Below are positions 21,088 through 33,416 of a DNA stretch of 64,000 nucleotides, one piece after another. Positions within the stretch are counted from its first letter, which is position 1. Each line of letters opens with the position of its first letter. This DNA comes from an uncultured Bacteroidia bacterium (lineage in GTDB: Bacteria; CAIWAD01; BS150m-G50), in contig CAZFEC010000004.1 of assembly GCA_964517435.1 (NCBI GenBank), positions 22,608 to 86,607 on the forward strand, given 5' to 3'. A program made the position numbers and the translations under genes. The notes under the pieces were generated by a model. The model did no database searches, was not told where the DNA came from, and saw nothing but the letters and a program-made list of their open reading frames with translations.

Positions 21088-23966
21088 CCATGATTCCCTC
21101 ACTGCGGCTACTGGAGCTGCTCGGACTGGAAAAGTTCATCGCCTTTGACTTTGAAACCACCGGCCTGGAGCCGGAGCGGGATCAGATCATCGAAATCGGC
21201 GCCGTGCTCTGGGAGGGGGGGGAGGAACGCGAGCAGTTCACAACGCTGGTCAAGCCCCAGGAAGTGGTTACGCCGCAGATCTTTAAACTCACCGGCATCG
21301 AACCTTCGAAACTGAAGCGCGCGCCGGGAATCGCCGCGGTTTTCCCCGACTTCACCGCCTTCATGGCGGACATCCCCGTCGTCGCGCACAATCTCGATTT
21401 CGATCTCAACTTCTACCAGAAGACGGCTGCCGCGTTGCAGCAGCCGGCTCCCGTGATTCCCCCCTCACATCGCTTCGACACTCTCCAGCTGGCCAGGTTT
21501 ATCCTGCCGACGCTGCCCAACCACCGTCTGGGTACCGTCTGCAGCCAGCTCGAGATCCGGCTCGACAGCGCTCATCGCGCCGTGCATGATGCGCGCGCCA
21601 CCGGGCAGCTGCTGCTCTGCCTGCTGCAGGTGGCTTCCACTTTCGAAGACCGATTGCTGGAGGAACTCCGTCTGATTACCACCGGCACGCAAAGCTATGC
21701 CGAACGTCTGGTGCAGGGGCTGCTGCAGTTCAGGGCGGAGGAACAGACCTTTGGAGCTGAGCCCTGCTGGCAGCCGCTGTTCAGAAAGAACGTGATACAT
21801 CACCGGGCGGATGCCGCCGGCGAGGAAATCGCGCCGGACAGCATCGAAGAGTATTTCAGCCGCGACGGTAAGCTCTCAGCACAACTGGGCGGCTTTCACG
21901 AGCGCAGCGAACAGATACAGCTGGCGGAGGATGTCGCCGCCACGGGAGTCGACGACACTTTTCTGGTGGCGCAGGCGGGAACCGGCATCGGCAAATCCTA
22001 CGCGTATCTCTACCCCGCGGTCAGGCAGGCTATTCAACGGCGGCAGCGGATCGTCGTCTCCACGCACACCCGCAATCTCCAGGAGCAGATCTTCTACCGC
22101 GATCTCCCCGACATGCTGCACGGTGTCGAGGCAGCCTGTAAGGCAGTGCTGCTCAAAGGGCGTCAAAACTACATCTGCCGGAATCGCTGGCGTAATCTGC
22201 TGCAGAACTGGCGGGAAAAGCTGTCGCAGCAGGACTGGGAGAAGCTGTTGCCGCTGTCGGTCTGGTTGCAGGGAACCCTGACCGGCGACATCGAGGAATG
22301 CACCGCGTTTCGCCACTACCTGCACCCGGGAGTCTGGAGCCGACTGCGTTCGGAAGCCGCCACCTGCAACGGCGGCCTGTGCCGGACGCATGACGGCGGT
22401 TGCTACCTGACCCGGGTTCGCCGCCAGGCGCAGAATTGCGATCTCGTCGTCATCAACCACTCCCTGCTGCTCTCGGATCTGGCCGCCGATCGGGGTGTGC
22501 TGGGTGATTACGACCGGCTGATTATCGATGAGGGCCACAACCTGGTGGAGGCCGCCGAACGGCAGCTCAAAACCGAGCTCAACTTCCGTCAGCTCAAACA
22601 AGTGCTCAACTCGCTTTACCAGGAGAACACGGGCGAGCGCGGGGCGCTGGTACAGGTCCGCGCGGCTGTCACTTTTGCCGGGTTGCCGGATGCCCGGCAG
22701 GCTGAGTTCCGTGACGCAGTTCAGGAGTCGATCGAAAGTGTGATACAATGCGCCGTGCTTACGGACCAACTCCGTCAGGCCAGCGTTGAAGCCAACCAGG
22801 CGCATGCGGAAAACATCAAGGCGCTCAAGTTCACCTTGAAGAAGCGCTTCAAGGGCGAGACCAATCCGCTCGCGGTGCATCACGCCGTCACCACTCAGCT
22901 GACGGAAGCGGGCGGCTGCCTGCAGAACGGCCTGCAACAGCTGACGGAGCAACTGGAGGCAACGGCCGAGCAGCTGTTTCCGGATGACGCCGCGCCGTTA
23001 CAGGACCTGCTTTCGCTGCGGGACCAGTGGCGGCTGGTGCTGGAACGGCTGGAGTTGTTCTGCGCCGCCGCTGATCCGGAGACGGTTCACTGGGAGGAAA
23101 TTCATCCCCGTACGCTGGAATCGACCTTCTACGCCTGTCCGCTCGCTATCGCCGCCAAGCTGCGCGAACGGTTGTTCGCCTGTCTCAAACAGCTGGTGGT
23201 GGTTTCCGCCACGCTGACCGTCAACCGTAACTTCGACTACTTCCTGGAGCAAACCGGACTTGACGATTCGCCCCGTCCGCTGCAGACGCGGCTTTACGGT
23301 TCACCGTTCGATTACGAGCGGCAGGTGCGCTTCCTGATTCCGCAGTACTTCAGCGACGCCGTCCGCGACAATTCACGCTTTGTCTCACAACTCGCCGACC
23401 TGGTCGAAGCTACCTCCGTCCGTCACGGCATCGGCACCATGATCCTCTTCACCTCCTACCGCCTGTTGAACAACACCTACAGCGAGTTGATCGAGCGGAT
23501 CGATTATCACCAGACCCCCATCCTGGGGCAGGGGCTGGACGGCACGCGCGACGCCATCCTGGAGCAGTTCCGCGCCACGCGCGGCGGAATTCTGCTGGGA
23601 ACGGAGAGCTTCTGGCAGGGGGTGGACATCCCCGGTTCGGCCCTGGAGATGCTCATCATCACCAAACTGCCGTTCGCGGTGCCGACCGAGCCGATGGTTC
23701 AGGCCCGCTACGAGCAGATCGAGGCGGAGGGTCGCAGCAGCTTCATGTCTCACGCCGTGCCCGCGGCCGTGCTCAAGTTCCGCCAGGGCTTCGGACGGTT
23801 GATTCGCAGCGAAACCGACCGTGGACTGGTGATACTGTTGGATCGTCGGGTCGCGGTCAAGCAATACGGCAAAGCTTTTACCGAGTCCGTCGAAACCCCG
23901 GCCGCGGTCGTCTACCAGCAGGAGATGCTGACCCGCGCCGTCGACGATTTTCTGGGAGAACGCTGA
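21084..23966 (+). CDS. dinG: DnaQ-type 3'-5' exonuclease domain fused to DinG/Rad3-family ATP-dependent helicase
   Basis: An N-terminal 'FDFETTGLEPERDQIIEIGAV' Exo I motif. A helicase core containing 'DEGHNL' follows. 960 aa. Confidence 0.8.
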   Translation: MTMIPSLRLLELLGLEKFIAFDFETTGLEPERDQIIEIGAVLWEGGEEREQFTTLVKPQEVVTPQIFKLTGIEPSKLKRAPGIAAVFPDFTAFMADIPVVAHNLDFDLNFYQKTAAALQQPAPVIPPSHRFDTLQLARFILPTLPNHRLGTVCSQLEIRLDSAHRAVHDARATGQLLLCLLQVASTFEDRLLEELRLITTGTQSYAERLVQGLLQFRAEEQTFGAEPCWQPLFRKNVIHHRADAAGEEIAPDSIEEYFSRDGKLSAQLGGFHERSEQIQLAEDVAATGVDDTFLVAQAGTGIGKSYAYLYPAVRQAIQRRQRIVVSTHTRNLQEQIFYRDLPDMLHGVEAACKAVLLKGRQNYICRNRWRNLLQNWREKLSQQDWEKLLPLSVWLQGTLTGDIEECTAFRHYLHPGVWSRLRSEAATCNGGLCRTHDGGCYLTRVRRQAQNCDLVVINHSLLLSDLAADRGVLGDYDRLIIDEGHNLVEAAERQLKTELNFRQLKQVLNSLYQENTGERGALVQVRAAVTFAGLPDARQAEFRDAVQESIESVIQCAVLTDQLRQASVEANQAHAENIKALKFTLKKRFKGETNPLAVHHAVTTQLTEAGGCLQNGLQQLTEQLEATAEQLFPDDAAPLQDLLSLRDQWRLVLERLELFCAAADPETVHWEEIHPRTLESTFYACPLAIAAKLRERLFACLKQLVVVSATLTVNRNFDYFLEQTGLDDSPRPLQTRLYGSPFDYERQVRFLIPQYFSDAVRDNSRFVSQLADLVEATSVRHGIGTMILFTSYRLLNNTYSELIERIDYHQTPILGQGLDGTRDAILEQFRATRGGILLGTESFWQGVDIPGSALEMLIITKLPFAVPTEPMVQARYEQIEAEGRSSFMSHAVPAAVLKFRQGFGRLIRSETDRGLVILLDRRVAVKQYGKAFTESVETPAAVVYQQEMLTRAVDDFLGER

Positions 23967-24367
23967 TGAAAACCAAGCGCATCGATCATATCGGTATCGC
24001 GGTCGAGAATATCGCCGCTGCCCGTACCGTTTACGAAGAGCTGTTGGGGATGGAGTTCCAGCCGCTGGAGGAGGTGGCTTCCCAGCAGGTTACGGTTGCG
24101 AAGGGTACCGTAGGCGAGAGTCACGTCGAACTGCTGGAAGCGACCGCTCCGGAATCGCCGCTCGCGCGTTTCATCGCTGAGAAAGGGCCCGGTCTTCATC
24201 ACATCTGCCTTGCGGTCGACGATATCGACACTGCGCTGGCGCGCTTTCGCGACGCCGGTTATGCGCTTATCGACCAGCAACCACGCCCGGGAGCTGACGG
24301 TAAGCTGGTCGCTTTTCTCCATCCGCGTACGCTGTCGGGAGTGCTGCTTGAGCTCAGTCAGGACTGA
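23966..24367 (+). CDS. Methylmalonyl-CoA epimerase-like VOC/glyoxalase-family protein
   Basis: 133 aa with 'IDHIGIAVENI' and 'LHHICLAVDDI' βαβββ modules. Confidence 0.75.
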   Translation: MKTKRIDHIGIAVENIAAARTVYEELLGMEFQPLEEVASQQVTVAKGTVGESHVELLEATAPESPLARFIAEKGPGLHHICLAVDDIDTALARFRDAGYALIDQQPRPGADGKLVAFLHPRTLSGVLLELSQD

Positions 24368-24412
24368 TCCGCCGCCGGCGGCAGTGCCTTTGATCTTATC
24401 GGGCGAACGGAG

Positions 24413-26239
24413 ATGCTGAAACCGAACTTCAAGACGATACCTACCGCCAGCGGGGTCTACCTGTTTCGCGACGACGCCGGCAAGACACTCTACATCGGGA
24501 AGGCCGTCAACCTGCGCGCCCGCGTTCGCAGTTATTTCACGCCGGAAGCGGACGGCAGGCCGCATATCGTCCGGATGATGCAACGGGCCGAAAACCTGGA
24601 GACGATTGTCACCGACTCCGAGGTGGAGGCGCTGATCCTCGAAGCCAACCTGATCAAGACCCACCGTCCACAGTACAACATCGACCTGAAGGATGACAAA
24701 TCCTTCCCCTGGGTTTGTATCACACGCGAAGAGTTTCCCCGCGTGCTGGTGACGCGACGACGCAGCGGCAAGCTGAGTCACTCCTTCGGACCCTTCACCA
24801 ATGTGCGGATACTGCGCGACTTCCTGCGCGAGTTCAAGGGCGCTCTCGGCATCCGCAGCTGCTCCCTGGCGCTGACGGAGGCTGATATCACCCGCGGAAA
24901 ATTCCGCGATTGCCTGGACCATCAGATTCACAAGTGCCAGGCGCCCTGCCTCGGTGACCAGTCGCGCGAGGACTACAACCGGCAGGTGGACGCTCTGGTG
25001 CAGCTCCTGCAGGGGAAGGGCACCGCGCTGGTGGAAGAACTGCGGTGCGGCATGGAGCAGGCTTCCAGAAGGTGTGAATATGAGGAGGCTGCCCGGCTGC
25101 GCGACCGGCTGCAGGTAGTGGAGAGCTTCATGGCGAAGCAGAAGGTGGAGCAGGCCGGCAACGCCACCAGCGACATGGTAGCGATACGGCGGGAGGATAA
25201 CACCGCCTGCGGCGTGGTGCTGCGCGTCCGCGAAGGCAAGCTGCTCGGGCGTTTTCACTCCTTTCTGACCGGCGTGTTGTATCACACAGACAGCGAGATG
25301 ATGCAGGCGTTCCTGCAGCAGTACTATCTGGAAGCGGACTATGTTCCCCGCGAGATCCTGCTGAACCACTGGCCGGTCGACCGGGAACTGGTGACAGAAT
25401 GGCTCAGCGCCCGCGCGCAGGGACGGGTGCGCCTGCACCTGCCGCAAAGGGGCAAGATGAGACGGTTATTGAACCTGGCCGAGACCAACGCCCTCCATCT
25501 GATCAACGAATACAATCTGAAAAAAGAACGCCGAAACCAGCTGGCGGGAGTCGTCGAGGGCCTGCAGCGGGACCTGCAGCTTCCTCAGCCCCCCCTGCGG
25601 ATTGAGACCTTCGACATCTCCCACTTCGGCGGCCACGATACGGTCGGCTCGCTGGTTGTTTTCGTGGGAGGAAAACCTGTGCGTTCCGAGTACAGAAGCT
25701 ACATTATTAAGTCCGTCGCCGGTGTGGACGATTTCGCGGCCATGGAAGAGGTCGTACGCCGGCGCTGCACGCGGTTGCTGCGCGAAGCCAAACCGCTGCC
25801 CGATCTGATTGTGATCGACGGGGGCAAAGGGCAATTATCGCGGGCGGCTACCGTTCTGAAACAGCTGCAGCTGTCGATTCCGGTTATCGGGCTGGCCAAA
25901 CGCTTTGAGGAAGTATTCGTGCCGGGTGTATCACATCCGCAACAGATTCCACGCAGCTCCTACTCGATCAAATTGCTGCAGCAGGTGCGCGATGAAGCGC
26001 ACCGCTTCGCCATCCGTCATAACCGCGAACGCCAGCGGCAGCGGCTCGGGCGTTCAACGTTGGACGCGATACCGGGCGTCGGTCCGGCGATGCGCAACCG
26101 GCTGCTGAAGCACTTCGGTTCCGTGAAGAAGGTGAAGCAGGCGAGCGTCGCGGAGCTGACCGCGGTGGCGGGCATCGGCGGCAAGACAGCGGAAACCATT
26201 CGAACCTACCTGGAAAGAGAGAAAGATGCGCGAACCTGA
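24413..26239 (+). CDS. uvrC: Excinuclease ABC subunit C
   Basis: A GIY-YIG N-terminus '[25 protein letters not shown]'. A UvrBC motif and a C-terminal HhH are present. Confidence 0.95.
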   Translation: MLKPNFKTIPTASGVYLFRDDAGKTLYIGKAVNLRARVRSYFTPEADGRPHIVRMMQRAENLETIVTDSEVEALILEANLIKTHRPQYNIDLKDDKSFPWVCITREEFPRVLVTRRRSGKLSHSFGPFTNVRILRDFLREFKGALGIRSCSLALTEADITRGKFRDCLDHQIHKCQAPCLGDQSREDYNRQVDALVQLLQGKGTALVEELRCGMEQASRRCEYEEAARLRDRLQVVESFMAKQKVEQAGNATSDMVAIRREDNTACGVVLRVREGKLLGRFHSFLTGVLYHTDSEMMQAFLQQYYLEADYVPREILLNHWPVDRELVTEWLSARAQGRVRLHLPQRGKMRRLLNLAETNALHLINEYNLKKERRNQLAGVVEGLQRDLQLPQPPLRIETFDISHFGGHDTVGSLVVFVGGKPVRSEYRSYIIKSVAGVDDFAAMEEVVRRRCTRLLREAKPLPDLIVIDGGKGQLSRAATVLKQLQLSIPVIGLAKRFEEVFVPGVSHPQQIPRSSYSIKLLQQVRDEAHRFAIRHNRERQRQRLGRSTLDAIPGVGPAMRNRLLKHFGSVKKVKQASVAELTAVAGIGGKTAETIRTYLEREKDART

Positions 26240-28454
26240 AGTCAATTGGGAACTGGTGCAGGAACACGGCCTGCTGGCCGATGAATACGAACAGATCAAG
26301 ACCATCCTGGGTCGCAATCCCAACTACACGGAACTGGGCATGTACTCCGTGCTCTGGTCGGAGCACTGCAGCTACAAGAATTCGATCGCGCAACTGAAGA
26401 CACTGCCCCGCAGCGGCGCCAACCTCCTGGTGGAAGCCGGTGAGGAAAACGCCGGTCTGGTCGACATCGGTGACGGCCTGGCGGTGGCCTTCAAAATCGA
26501 GAGCCACAATCATCCCAGCGCGGTAGAGCCGTACCAGGGCGCCGCCACCGGCGTCGGCGGCATCATGCGGGATATTTTCACCATGGGCGCACGACCCATC
26601 TGTTCGTTAAATTCGCTGCGCTTCGGTAATCTGGACAACCCGCATAATCGCTTTCTGCTCGACGGCGTCGTCGCCGGCATCGCCGACTACGGCAACTGTC
26701 TGGGTATCCCGACCGTCGGCGGCGAGGTCTGCTTCGACGAATGCTACGGCGGCAATCCGCTGATCAACGCCATGTCGGTCGGCATCGTCGACACCCGTCA
26801 TATCGCCTCCGCTACCGCCGCCGGGGTGGGCAACCCGGTTTTCATCATCGGCTCCGCCACCGGTCGCGACGGCATTCACGGTGCCACCTTCGCTTCGGTG
26901 GAGTTGAGCGAACAATCGCAGGAGCGGAAATCCTCGGTCCAGGTGGGCGATCCCTTCATGGAGAAGCTGTTGCTGGAGGCGTCGCTGGAACTGGCGCAAA
27001 ACCACTTGATCACCGGCATACAGGACATGGGCGCCGCCGGCATCACCTGCTCCGCCAGCGAGATGTCGGCCAAAGGGGAAACCGGTATGGAGATCGATCT
27101 CGACAAGGTGCCGCAGCGGGAGGAGCTGATGTCCGCCTACGAGATCATGCTCTCCGAGTCGCAGGAACGGATGCTGGTGGTCGGCCACCAGGACAAGCGG
27201 GAAGAGATAATCGCGGTGCTGCAGAAATGGGATATCCCCTGGGCCGAAGTCGGCACCGTCACCGACACCGGTCGCGTAGTGGTTTATCAGGGCGGCGAGT
27301 TGAAGGCGGATGTGCCGGCGGCTTCGCTGGTCCTGGGAGGCGGTGCTCCGGTGTACCAGCGGGAAAGCCGCGAGCCGGAGTCTTTCCACCACTGCCGGTC
27401 GGAGGACGCCAACGCGGTACCGGAGCCGGTCGACCTCCAGGCTACCTTCCTGGAGCTGTTTACCAGTCCGAACCTTGTCTCACGCCGTTACGTCTATGAA
27501 CAGTATGACCACATGATCGGTGCCGCGAGTGTGATACGTCCGGGCGGCGACGCCGCCGTGGTACGGGTGCTGCCGACCGGCAAATACCTGGCCGTCACGA
27601 CCGACTGCGCCAGCCGCTACCTTAAACTGGATCCGCGGGAGGGCGCTCGGCAGGCGGTCTGCGAAGCCGCGCGCAACGTCGCCGTCACCGGTGCGCGTCC
27701 CCTGGCCATCACCAACTGTCTTAACTTCGGCGATCCCTACGACCCGGAGATCTACTGGCAGTTCAAAGAGACGATCGCCGGCATGGGCGAGGCCTGCCGT
27801 TGCTTCGACACCCCGGTGACGGGCGGCAATGTCTCCTTCTACAACGAAACCCCCCAGTCGGCGGTGCATCCGACCCCGGTGATCGGTATGATCGGTATTA
27901 TTGAAGACGGGGAAGCCATCACGCCGGCCTGTTTCCAGACGGCCGGAGATCGGGTGCTGCTCGCCGGCACCATCAGCGCCGAGCTGGGCGGCAGTGAATA
28001 CCAGCGTCTGATTCTGAACCGGCTGACCGGCCGGCCACCTCAGGTAGAGCTCGAGTTCGAACTGCGGCTGCAACAGTTCCTGCGGGGCGCCAGCGGCGAA
28101 CACCTGCTGCGCTCAGCGCACGATCTGGCGGGCGGCGGTCTCGGTGTCACCCTGGCCGAAGCCTGCATCGGAGATCCCGCCCGGTCGCTGGGTTGCCGGG
28201 TGAAGCTGCCTTTCCCGCTGCGCCCGGACCTGCTGCTGTTCAGCGAGTCGCAGGGCGTGGTGGTGATGACCGCCCGCGCCGAGGTTGTTGAACGTATCAC
28301 GGAGCTGGCCGCCGCGCATTCGGTTCCCCTGGCGGAGATCGGCGAAGTCACTTCCGACGGTTTCGTGATTGAAGGGCTGCTGAATCTGCCGCTAGAGCAA
28401 CTGAGTGAAATCCACCACGGTACGCTGGAGCGGTTGATGCATCCCGAAGCCTGA
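26226..28454 (+). CDS. purL: Phosphoribosylformylglycinamidine synthase subunit PurL
   Basis: 742 aa with small-PurL architecture. Confidence 0.95.
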   Translation: MREPEVNWELVQEHGLLADEYEQIKTILGRNPNYTELGMYSVLWSEHCSYKNSIAQLKTLPRSGANLLVEAGEENAGLVDIGDGLAVAFKIESHNHPSAVEPYQGAATGVGGIMRDIFTMGARPICSLNSLRFGNLDNPHNRFLLDGVVAGIADYGNCLGIPTVGGEVCFDECYGGNPLINAMSVGIVDTRHIASATAAGVGNPVFIIGSATGRDGIHGATFASVELSEQSQERKSSVQVGDPFMEKLLLEASLELAQNHLITGIQDMGAAGITCSASEMSAKGETGMEIDLDKVPQREELMSAYEIMLSESQERMLVVGHQDKREEIIAVLQKWDIPWAEVGTVTDTGRVVVYQGGELKADVPAASLVLGGGAPVYQRESREPESFHHCRSEDANAVPEPVDLQATFLELFTSPNLVSRRYVYEQYDHMIGAASVIRPGGDAAVVRVLPTGKYLAVTTDCASRYLKLDPREGARQAVCEAARNVAVTGARPLAITNCLNFGDPYDPEIYWQFKETIAGMGEACRCFDTPVTGGNVSFYNETPQSAVHPTPVIGMIGIIEDGEAITPACFQTAGDRVLLAGTISAELGGSEYQRLILNRLTGRPPQVELEFELRLQQFLRGASGEHLLRSAHDLAGGGLGVTLAEACIGDPARSLGCRVKLPFPLRPDLLLFSESQGVVVMTARAEVVERITELAAAHSVPLAEIGEVTSDGFVIEGLLNLPLEQLSEIHHGTLERLMHPEA

Positions 28455-28466
28455 TCGTTAACGGGC

Positions 28467-29636
28467 TTGTCTTGCCTGACTGAGGCTGTTTTGAGTTGCG
28501 CCGTCTATCTCCATGTCCCCTTCTGCGCCCGCCGCTGCGATTACTGCGATTTCTATTCCACGGTCGACCGTGCTGATGAAAGCCACTGCCGCTATCTGGA
28601 GGCGGTGCTGCGGGAGCTGAGCTACCGGCTGTCCATTGCGGAATGGCCCCGGCCCATCACCTCCTTCTATATCGGCGGCGGTACGCCCAGCCTGGTACGG
28701 GCGGAGCTGTACGCGCCTCTCTTTGCAGCATTAGCGCGATTCGGTATGTCGCCGGAGGTGGAGATCACCGTCGAAGCGAACCCGGAGAGCCTTACCCCAG
28801 CCTGGTTGGCGGCGATGCGCGATTACGGAGTGAACCGGCTCTCACTCGGCGTGCAGACCTGGCAGGAGCGGCTGTTGCCACGGCTGGGCCGGCTGCACGA
28901 TGCGGAAGAATCCCGGCGTGCCGTCGCCCTGGCGCGCGAACAGGGGATCACCAACCTCTCCCTCGATTTCATCTTCGGTATTCCGGAGCAGACCGGGGAG
29001 GACCTGGCAGCGGACCTGCGGGAGCTGACCGCCTGGCAACCCGAGCACGTCTCCTGGTACTGCCTGACCTGGGAGCAGGGCACAGCGCTGTACGAACGCT
29101 GGCAGCGCCGCCCGCAGCTAAAGGCGGGCAGCGACCTGGAAGCGGACCGTTTCCTGCTGATTCACCGGCGGCTGGAGGAGGCCGGATACGAGCATTACGA
29201 AGTATCCAACTACGCCCGTCCCGGCTTCCGGTCGCGACATAACCAGAGTTACTGGCGGCGTCAACCCTACCTGGGACTGGGGGCGGCGGCCGCCTCCTTC
29301 GACGGTGTATCACGCTGGGCCAACCCGCGCGATCTGGAGGCCTGGCGGGAAGCCCTGGCGGCGGGCAGGGATCCGGCGGTGGAACAGGAGACCGTGACCG
29401 GCGTCTCCCTGCGGCTGGAGACGCTCTACCTGGGTTTACGCCGCCTGGATGGCGTGACCGAGCGGGAGTTGCGACAGGTTCTCGGCGAACGGGAATACCT
29501 GGCGATCCTCAAAAAGATGGAGACCTCCCGCTACGGCGAGTATATTCAAAGATCAGACGGCAGGATCAGGCTCACCACGGCGGGAATTCTGCTGCTGGAT
29601 GCCATAATTCTGGAGCTGGCCGGCGACCATGAGTAA
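28467..29636 (+). CDS. hemW: Radical SAM heme chaperone HemW (HemN-like)
   Basis: Contains the '[10 protein letters not shown]' CxxxCxxC motif. TTG start. Confidence 0.8.
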   Translation: MSCLTEAVLSCAVYLHVPFCARRCDYCDFYSTVDRADESHCRYLEAVLRELSYRLSIAEWPRPITSFYIGGGTPSLVRAELYAPLFAALARFGMSPEVEITVEANPESLTPAWLAAMRDYGVNRLSLGVQTWQERLLPRLGRLHDAEESRRAVALAREQGITNLSLDFIFGIPEQTGEDLAADLRELTAWQPEHVSWYCLTWEQGTALYERWQRRPQLKAGSDLEADRFLLIHRRLEEAGYEHYEVSNYARPGFRSRHNQSYWRRQPYLGLGAAAASFDGVSRWANPRDLEAWREALAAGRDPAVEQETVTGVSLRLETLYLGLRRLDGVTERELRQVLGEREYLAILKKMETSRYGEYIQRSDGRIRLTTAGILLLDAIILELAGDHE

Positions 29637-32457
29637 GAACAACATCATCATCAAGGGCGCCCGGGAACACAACCTGCGCAACATCGACGTGGAAATCCCG
29701 CGCGACAAACTGGTGGTCATCACCGGACTTTCCGGCTCCGGCAAGTCGTCACTGGCCTTCGATACGATCTATGCCGAGGGACAGCGGCGCTACGTGGAGT
29801 CCCTTTCCGCCTACGCCCGGCAGTTTCTGGGCTTGATGGAAAAACCGGATGTCGAACTGATCACCGGCCTGTCCCCAGCCATCTCCATCGAACAGCGCAA
29901 CAGCGCTCGCAACCCCCGCAGCACCGTCTCCACCGTGACGGAAATCCACGACTACCTGAGGCTGCTCTACGCCAACATCGGCAAACCGCACTGCAGCGAG
30001 TGCGGCGATCCCGTCACCCGGCAGTCCCCGGAGGAAATCGTCAACCAGGTACTGGAGAGCAAGGAAGGGAGCCGGGTAATCGTGCTGTCACCGCTGGTGC
30101 GCAGCCGTAAGGGTGAGTTCGTCGACCTGCTCAAGCAGGTGCAGCAGGACGGGTATGTCCGGGTGCGGGTGGACGGTACCGTACAACCGGTGGACAGCGT
30201 GCCGCCGCTCAAGAAGCAGGTCAAGCACGACATCGATGTCGTCGTCGACCGTGTCAGGCTGAAGGCGGGGATTCGTTCCCGGCTGACCGATTCGATTGAA
30301 ACGGCGCTTAAGCTCGGTTCGGGCCTGGTCCGGGTCGAAGTGGACGGCAGGGAGCAGCTCTTCAGTGAGCAGCTGACCTGCCGCCGCTGTGGTATCAGCT
30401 ATGAGGAGCTGACGCCGCGCCTCTTCAGTTTCAACTCCCCCTTCGGTGCCTGTCCAGAGTGTTCGGGTCTGGGAACCAAGATGGAAATCGATCCCGGGCT
30501 GGTGATTCCGCTGCCGGAGTTGTCGCTGCTCGACGGCGCCATCGAACCGTGGGGCCTGGCGGTGGACAGCATGACGCGCAAATTGTTGATCGACGCCGGC
30601 AGTCACTTCGGCATCGAACTCGAAAGCCCCTTCGGCGAATTGCCGGAGAAGCATCGCCGCCTGATTCTTTACGGCTCCGGCGGGCGGACCTTCAACTACG
30701 ATATCCACCGCACCACCGGCGTCGGGCGGTTCCAGGGCACGACCGTCTGGGAAGGGGTGATCCCCAATCTGGAGCGGCGCTACAAGCAGACCCAGAGCGA
30801 AGGGATCCGCCGCTGGATTGAAAAGTACATGAGCAAAGGCGCCTGCCACGCCTGCGGCGGTACGCGGCTCAATCCGCAGGCGCGCGCCGTGACGGTCAAC
30901 GACATGGCCATCCACGAAGTGACTGAACTCAACGTAATCGCCGCCCTCGCTTTCTTCTCCGATCTCAATTTGACGGCAACCGAACGCAAGATCGCGCAGC
31001 AGGTCCTGAAGGAAGTCAGTGCCAGGCTTAACTTCCTGGCGGATGTCGGTGTCGGCTACCTCAACCTCTCCCGTTCCGCCGCCACTCTCTCCGGCGGCGA
31101 AGCGCAACGCATCCGCCTGGCGACGCAGATCGGTTCACAGCTGGTAGGGGTGCTCTACATTCTGGATGAACCAAGCATCGGCCTGCACCAGCGTGATAAC
31201 AACCGGCTGCTCGATACGCTCAAGAAGCTGCGCGACCTGGGCAACACCGTGCTGGTCGTGGAACACGATCGTGATACAATCGAAGCGGCCGATCATGTAA
31301 TCGACCTGGGACCGGGCGCTGGTGAACATGGCGGCGAGGTGGTGGCGGCCGGTACTCCCAAGCAGATCGCCCGCTCCCGAGATTCGATCACCGGTGCTTT
31401 CCTGATGGGGCGGGAAAAGATCGCCCTGCCGGAGCGCCGCCGTCGCGGAAACGGCAAAAAGCTGCTGCTGAAAGGCGCTTCGGGCAACAACCTGCGCAAC
31501 CTAAACACCGTTTTCCCGCTGGGCAAGCTGATCTGCGTCACCGGCGTCTCCGGGTCGGGCAAATCCACGCTGGTCAACGAAACGCTCTATCCGCTGCTCG
31601 CCAACCGGCTGCAGAAGGCGCACCGCACCGTGCTGCCCTACACCGGCATCGAAGGTCTGGAGCACCTGGACAAGGTTATCGACATCGATCAATCGCCGAT
31701 CGGCCGTACGCCCCGCTCCAATCCCGCGACCTATACCGGCATGTTCACCTTCATCCGGGAGCTGTTCGCCATGTTACCGGAAGCGAAGATGCGGGGATAC
31801 AAACCGGGCCGATTCAGCTTCAATGTCAAAGGCGGGCGCTGCGAAGCGTGCGAGGGTGACGGTATCCGCAAGATCGAGATGCACTTCCTCCCCGACGTCT
31901 ATGTCACCTGCGAGATCTGTCACGGCCGCCGCTACAACCGCGAAACCCTCGAGGTGCGCTACAAGGGCAAGTCGATCGCCGATGTGCTGGAGATGACGGT
32001 GGAAGAGGCGCTCACCTTCTTCGCTCCCATTCCGCGGGTCGCGACCCGCCTGCAGACACTCTTCGATGTCGGGTTGGGCTACATTCACCTGGGGCAGCAG
32101 GCGACGACTCTTTCCGGCGGTGAGGCGCAACGGGTGAAGCTGTCGACGGAACTCTCCAAAACCGCCACCGGGCGCACTTTCTACATCCTCGACGAACCGA
32201 CCACCGGCTTGCATTTCGCCGATATCCGCCAGTTGCTGGAGGTGCTCAACCGCCTGGTGGAACGCGGTAATACCGTCGTCGTCATCGAACATAACCTGGA
32301 TGTCATCAAGACCGCCGACCATATCATCGACCTGGGTCCCGAAGGCGGCGACGCCGGCGGCCGGATCATCGTTACCGGTTCACCGGAACGGATTGCCAAA
32401 TCCACCAACTCCCATACCGGTTACTACCTGCGTCAGCTACTCGCCGGCAACGACTGA
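29629..32457 (+). CDS. uvrA: Excinuclease ABC subunit A
   Basis: Two ABC modules and zinc-finger Cys pairs. 942 aa. Confidence 0.95.
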   Translation: MSKNNIIIKGAREHNLRNIDVEIPRDKLVVITGLSGSGKSSLAFDTIYAEGQRRYVESLSAYARQFLGLMEKPDVELITGLSPAISIEQRNSARNPRSTVSTVTEIHDYLRLLYANIGKPHCSECGDPVTRQSPEEIVNQVLESKEGSRVIVLSPLVRSRKGEFVDLLKQVQQDGYVRVRVDGTVQPVDSVPPLKKQVKHDIDVVVDRVRLKAGIRSRLTDSIETALKLGSGLVRVEVDGREQLFSEQLTCRRCGISYEELTPRLFSFNSPFGACPECSGLGTKMEIDPGLVIPLPELSLLDGAIEPWGLAVDSMTRKLLIDAGSHFGIELESPFGELPEKHRRLILYGSGGRTFNYDIHRTTGVGRFQGTTVWEGVIPNLERRYKQTQSEGIRRWIEKYMSKGACHACGGTRLNPQARAVTVNDMAIHEVTELNVIAALAFFSDLNLTATERKIAQQVLKEVSARLNFLADVGVGYLNLSRSAATLSGGEAQRIRLATQIGSQLVGVLYILDEPSIGLHQRDNNRLLDTLKKLRDLGNTVLVVEHDRDTIEAADHVIDLGPGAGEHGGEVVAAGTPKQIARSRDSITGAFLMGREKIALPERRRRGNGKKLLLKGASGNNLRNLNTVFPLGKLICVTGVSGSGKSTLVNETLYPLLANRLQKAHRTVLPYTGIEGLEHLDKVIDIDQSPIGRTPRSNPATYTGMFTFIRELFAMLPEAKMRGYKPGRFSFNVKGGRCEACEGDGIRKIEMHFLPDVYVTCEICHGRRYNRETLEVRYKGKSIADVLEMTVEEALTFFAPIPRVATRLQTLFDVGLGYIHLGQQATTLSGGEAQRVKLSTELSKTATGRTFYILDEPTTGLHFADIRQLLEVLNRLVERGNTVVVIEHNLDVIKTADHIIDLGPEGGDAGGRIIVTGSPERIAKSTNSHTGYYLRQLLAGND

Positions 32458-32666
32458 AACCGGCCACCTGAAGGCTTTCAAGCCTGAGAACCCGCTGTTC
32501 AACGCCGTTCAGGTCAATTTGACTTTTGACTTCTCATGCACTATCTTGATTAGTTAATAATGCGGAACTTAAGGCAGGTTAAGCTGTTTGGAGACCCGGA
32601 CGGTCCGCCTTCCGGACCAATACCGCTCCGACCTGCCCACGACATCGCCGGAGCGAGAGAGCTGAG

Positions 32667-33416
32667 GTGGTTCAAGTGAAGTTGTTACAGGGTTTCGATC
32701 AACGTTCCCTGGCTTGGACCGGCCTCATGTTGTTGACCCTGCTGCTGGCGATGCACAGCTGGTTACCGCTGTTGCTCTTTTCCATCTGTCTGCTCACCGT
32801 GATCCAAATCGCGATTCCGAATCCCCGCGCGGTCTGGCAACGTTTGGCCGGCTTCTACTGGTTCTATTTGTTGAACTTCCTTTTCATTCTGTTCTTCCTG
32901 GACGCTGCTTTCAGCGCCGGGGACTGGCAGGGCTGGCGCGCCACCCGCTGGGGTTGGGCGGCTTTTTACACGCTGCGTCTGATCGACATTATCGCGCTGA
33001 TGCTTCTGCTGGCGCATTGGCTGCAGGCCGAACAGCTGCTGCTCAGCGTGATCAGCGGTACACAGCGCTGGCGACCGGGACGGGCTCTACTCCAGCGCCT
33101 GCTCTGGACGCTGCTCTTCGCCTACCATTTCCTGCCGCTGATGCGTCGCGACGTGCAACGGATGCGGCTGGGAGTGCTGGCGCGGGGATTGTCCTTCCAG
33201 GGCGCGCTGCGGCAGCGCTGGCGGGTTTACCTGTCCTTCCTGGTTCCGCTGCTGAATTCGCTGTTCAGGCGAGCGGAGGCGCTGGTGAGCGTGCTGGCCA
33301 CCCGGCATTTCAATCCCGGGAGCGAACGTACCATGTATCACATCTTCAGACTCCGGGGGCGTGACTGGACGCTGGCCGGCGCGGCAACGCTGGGTTGTGG
33401 ATGGGCGATCCTATGA
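32667..33416 (+). CDS. Polytopic membrane protein, EcfT/CbiQ-like (energy-coupling factor transporter T component) – tentative
   Basis: About 5–6 TM helices. A C-terminal 'LARG…EALVSVLATRHF' region resembles the EcfT Ala-Arg-Gly motif. No partner A/S components are nearby. Confidence 0.4.
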   Translation: MVQVKLLQGFDQRSLAWTGLMLLTLLLAMHSWLPLLLFSICLLTVIQIAIPNPRAVWQRLAGFYWFYLLNFLFILFFLDAAFSAGDWQGWRATRWGWAAFYTLRLIDIIALMLLLAHWLQAEQLLLSVISGTQRWRPGRALLQRLLWTLLFAYHFLPLMRRDVQRMRLGVLARGLSFQGALRQRWRVYLSFLVPLLNSLFRRAEALVSVLATRHFNPGSERTMYHIFRLRGRDWTLAGAATLGCGWAIL

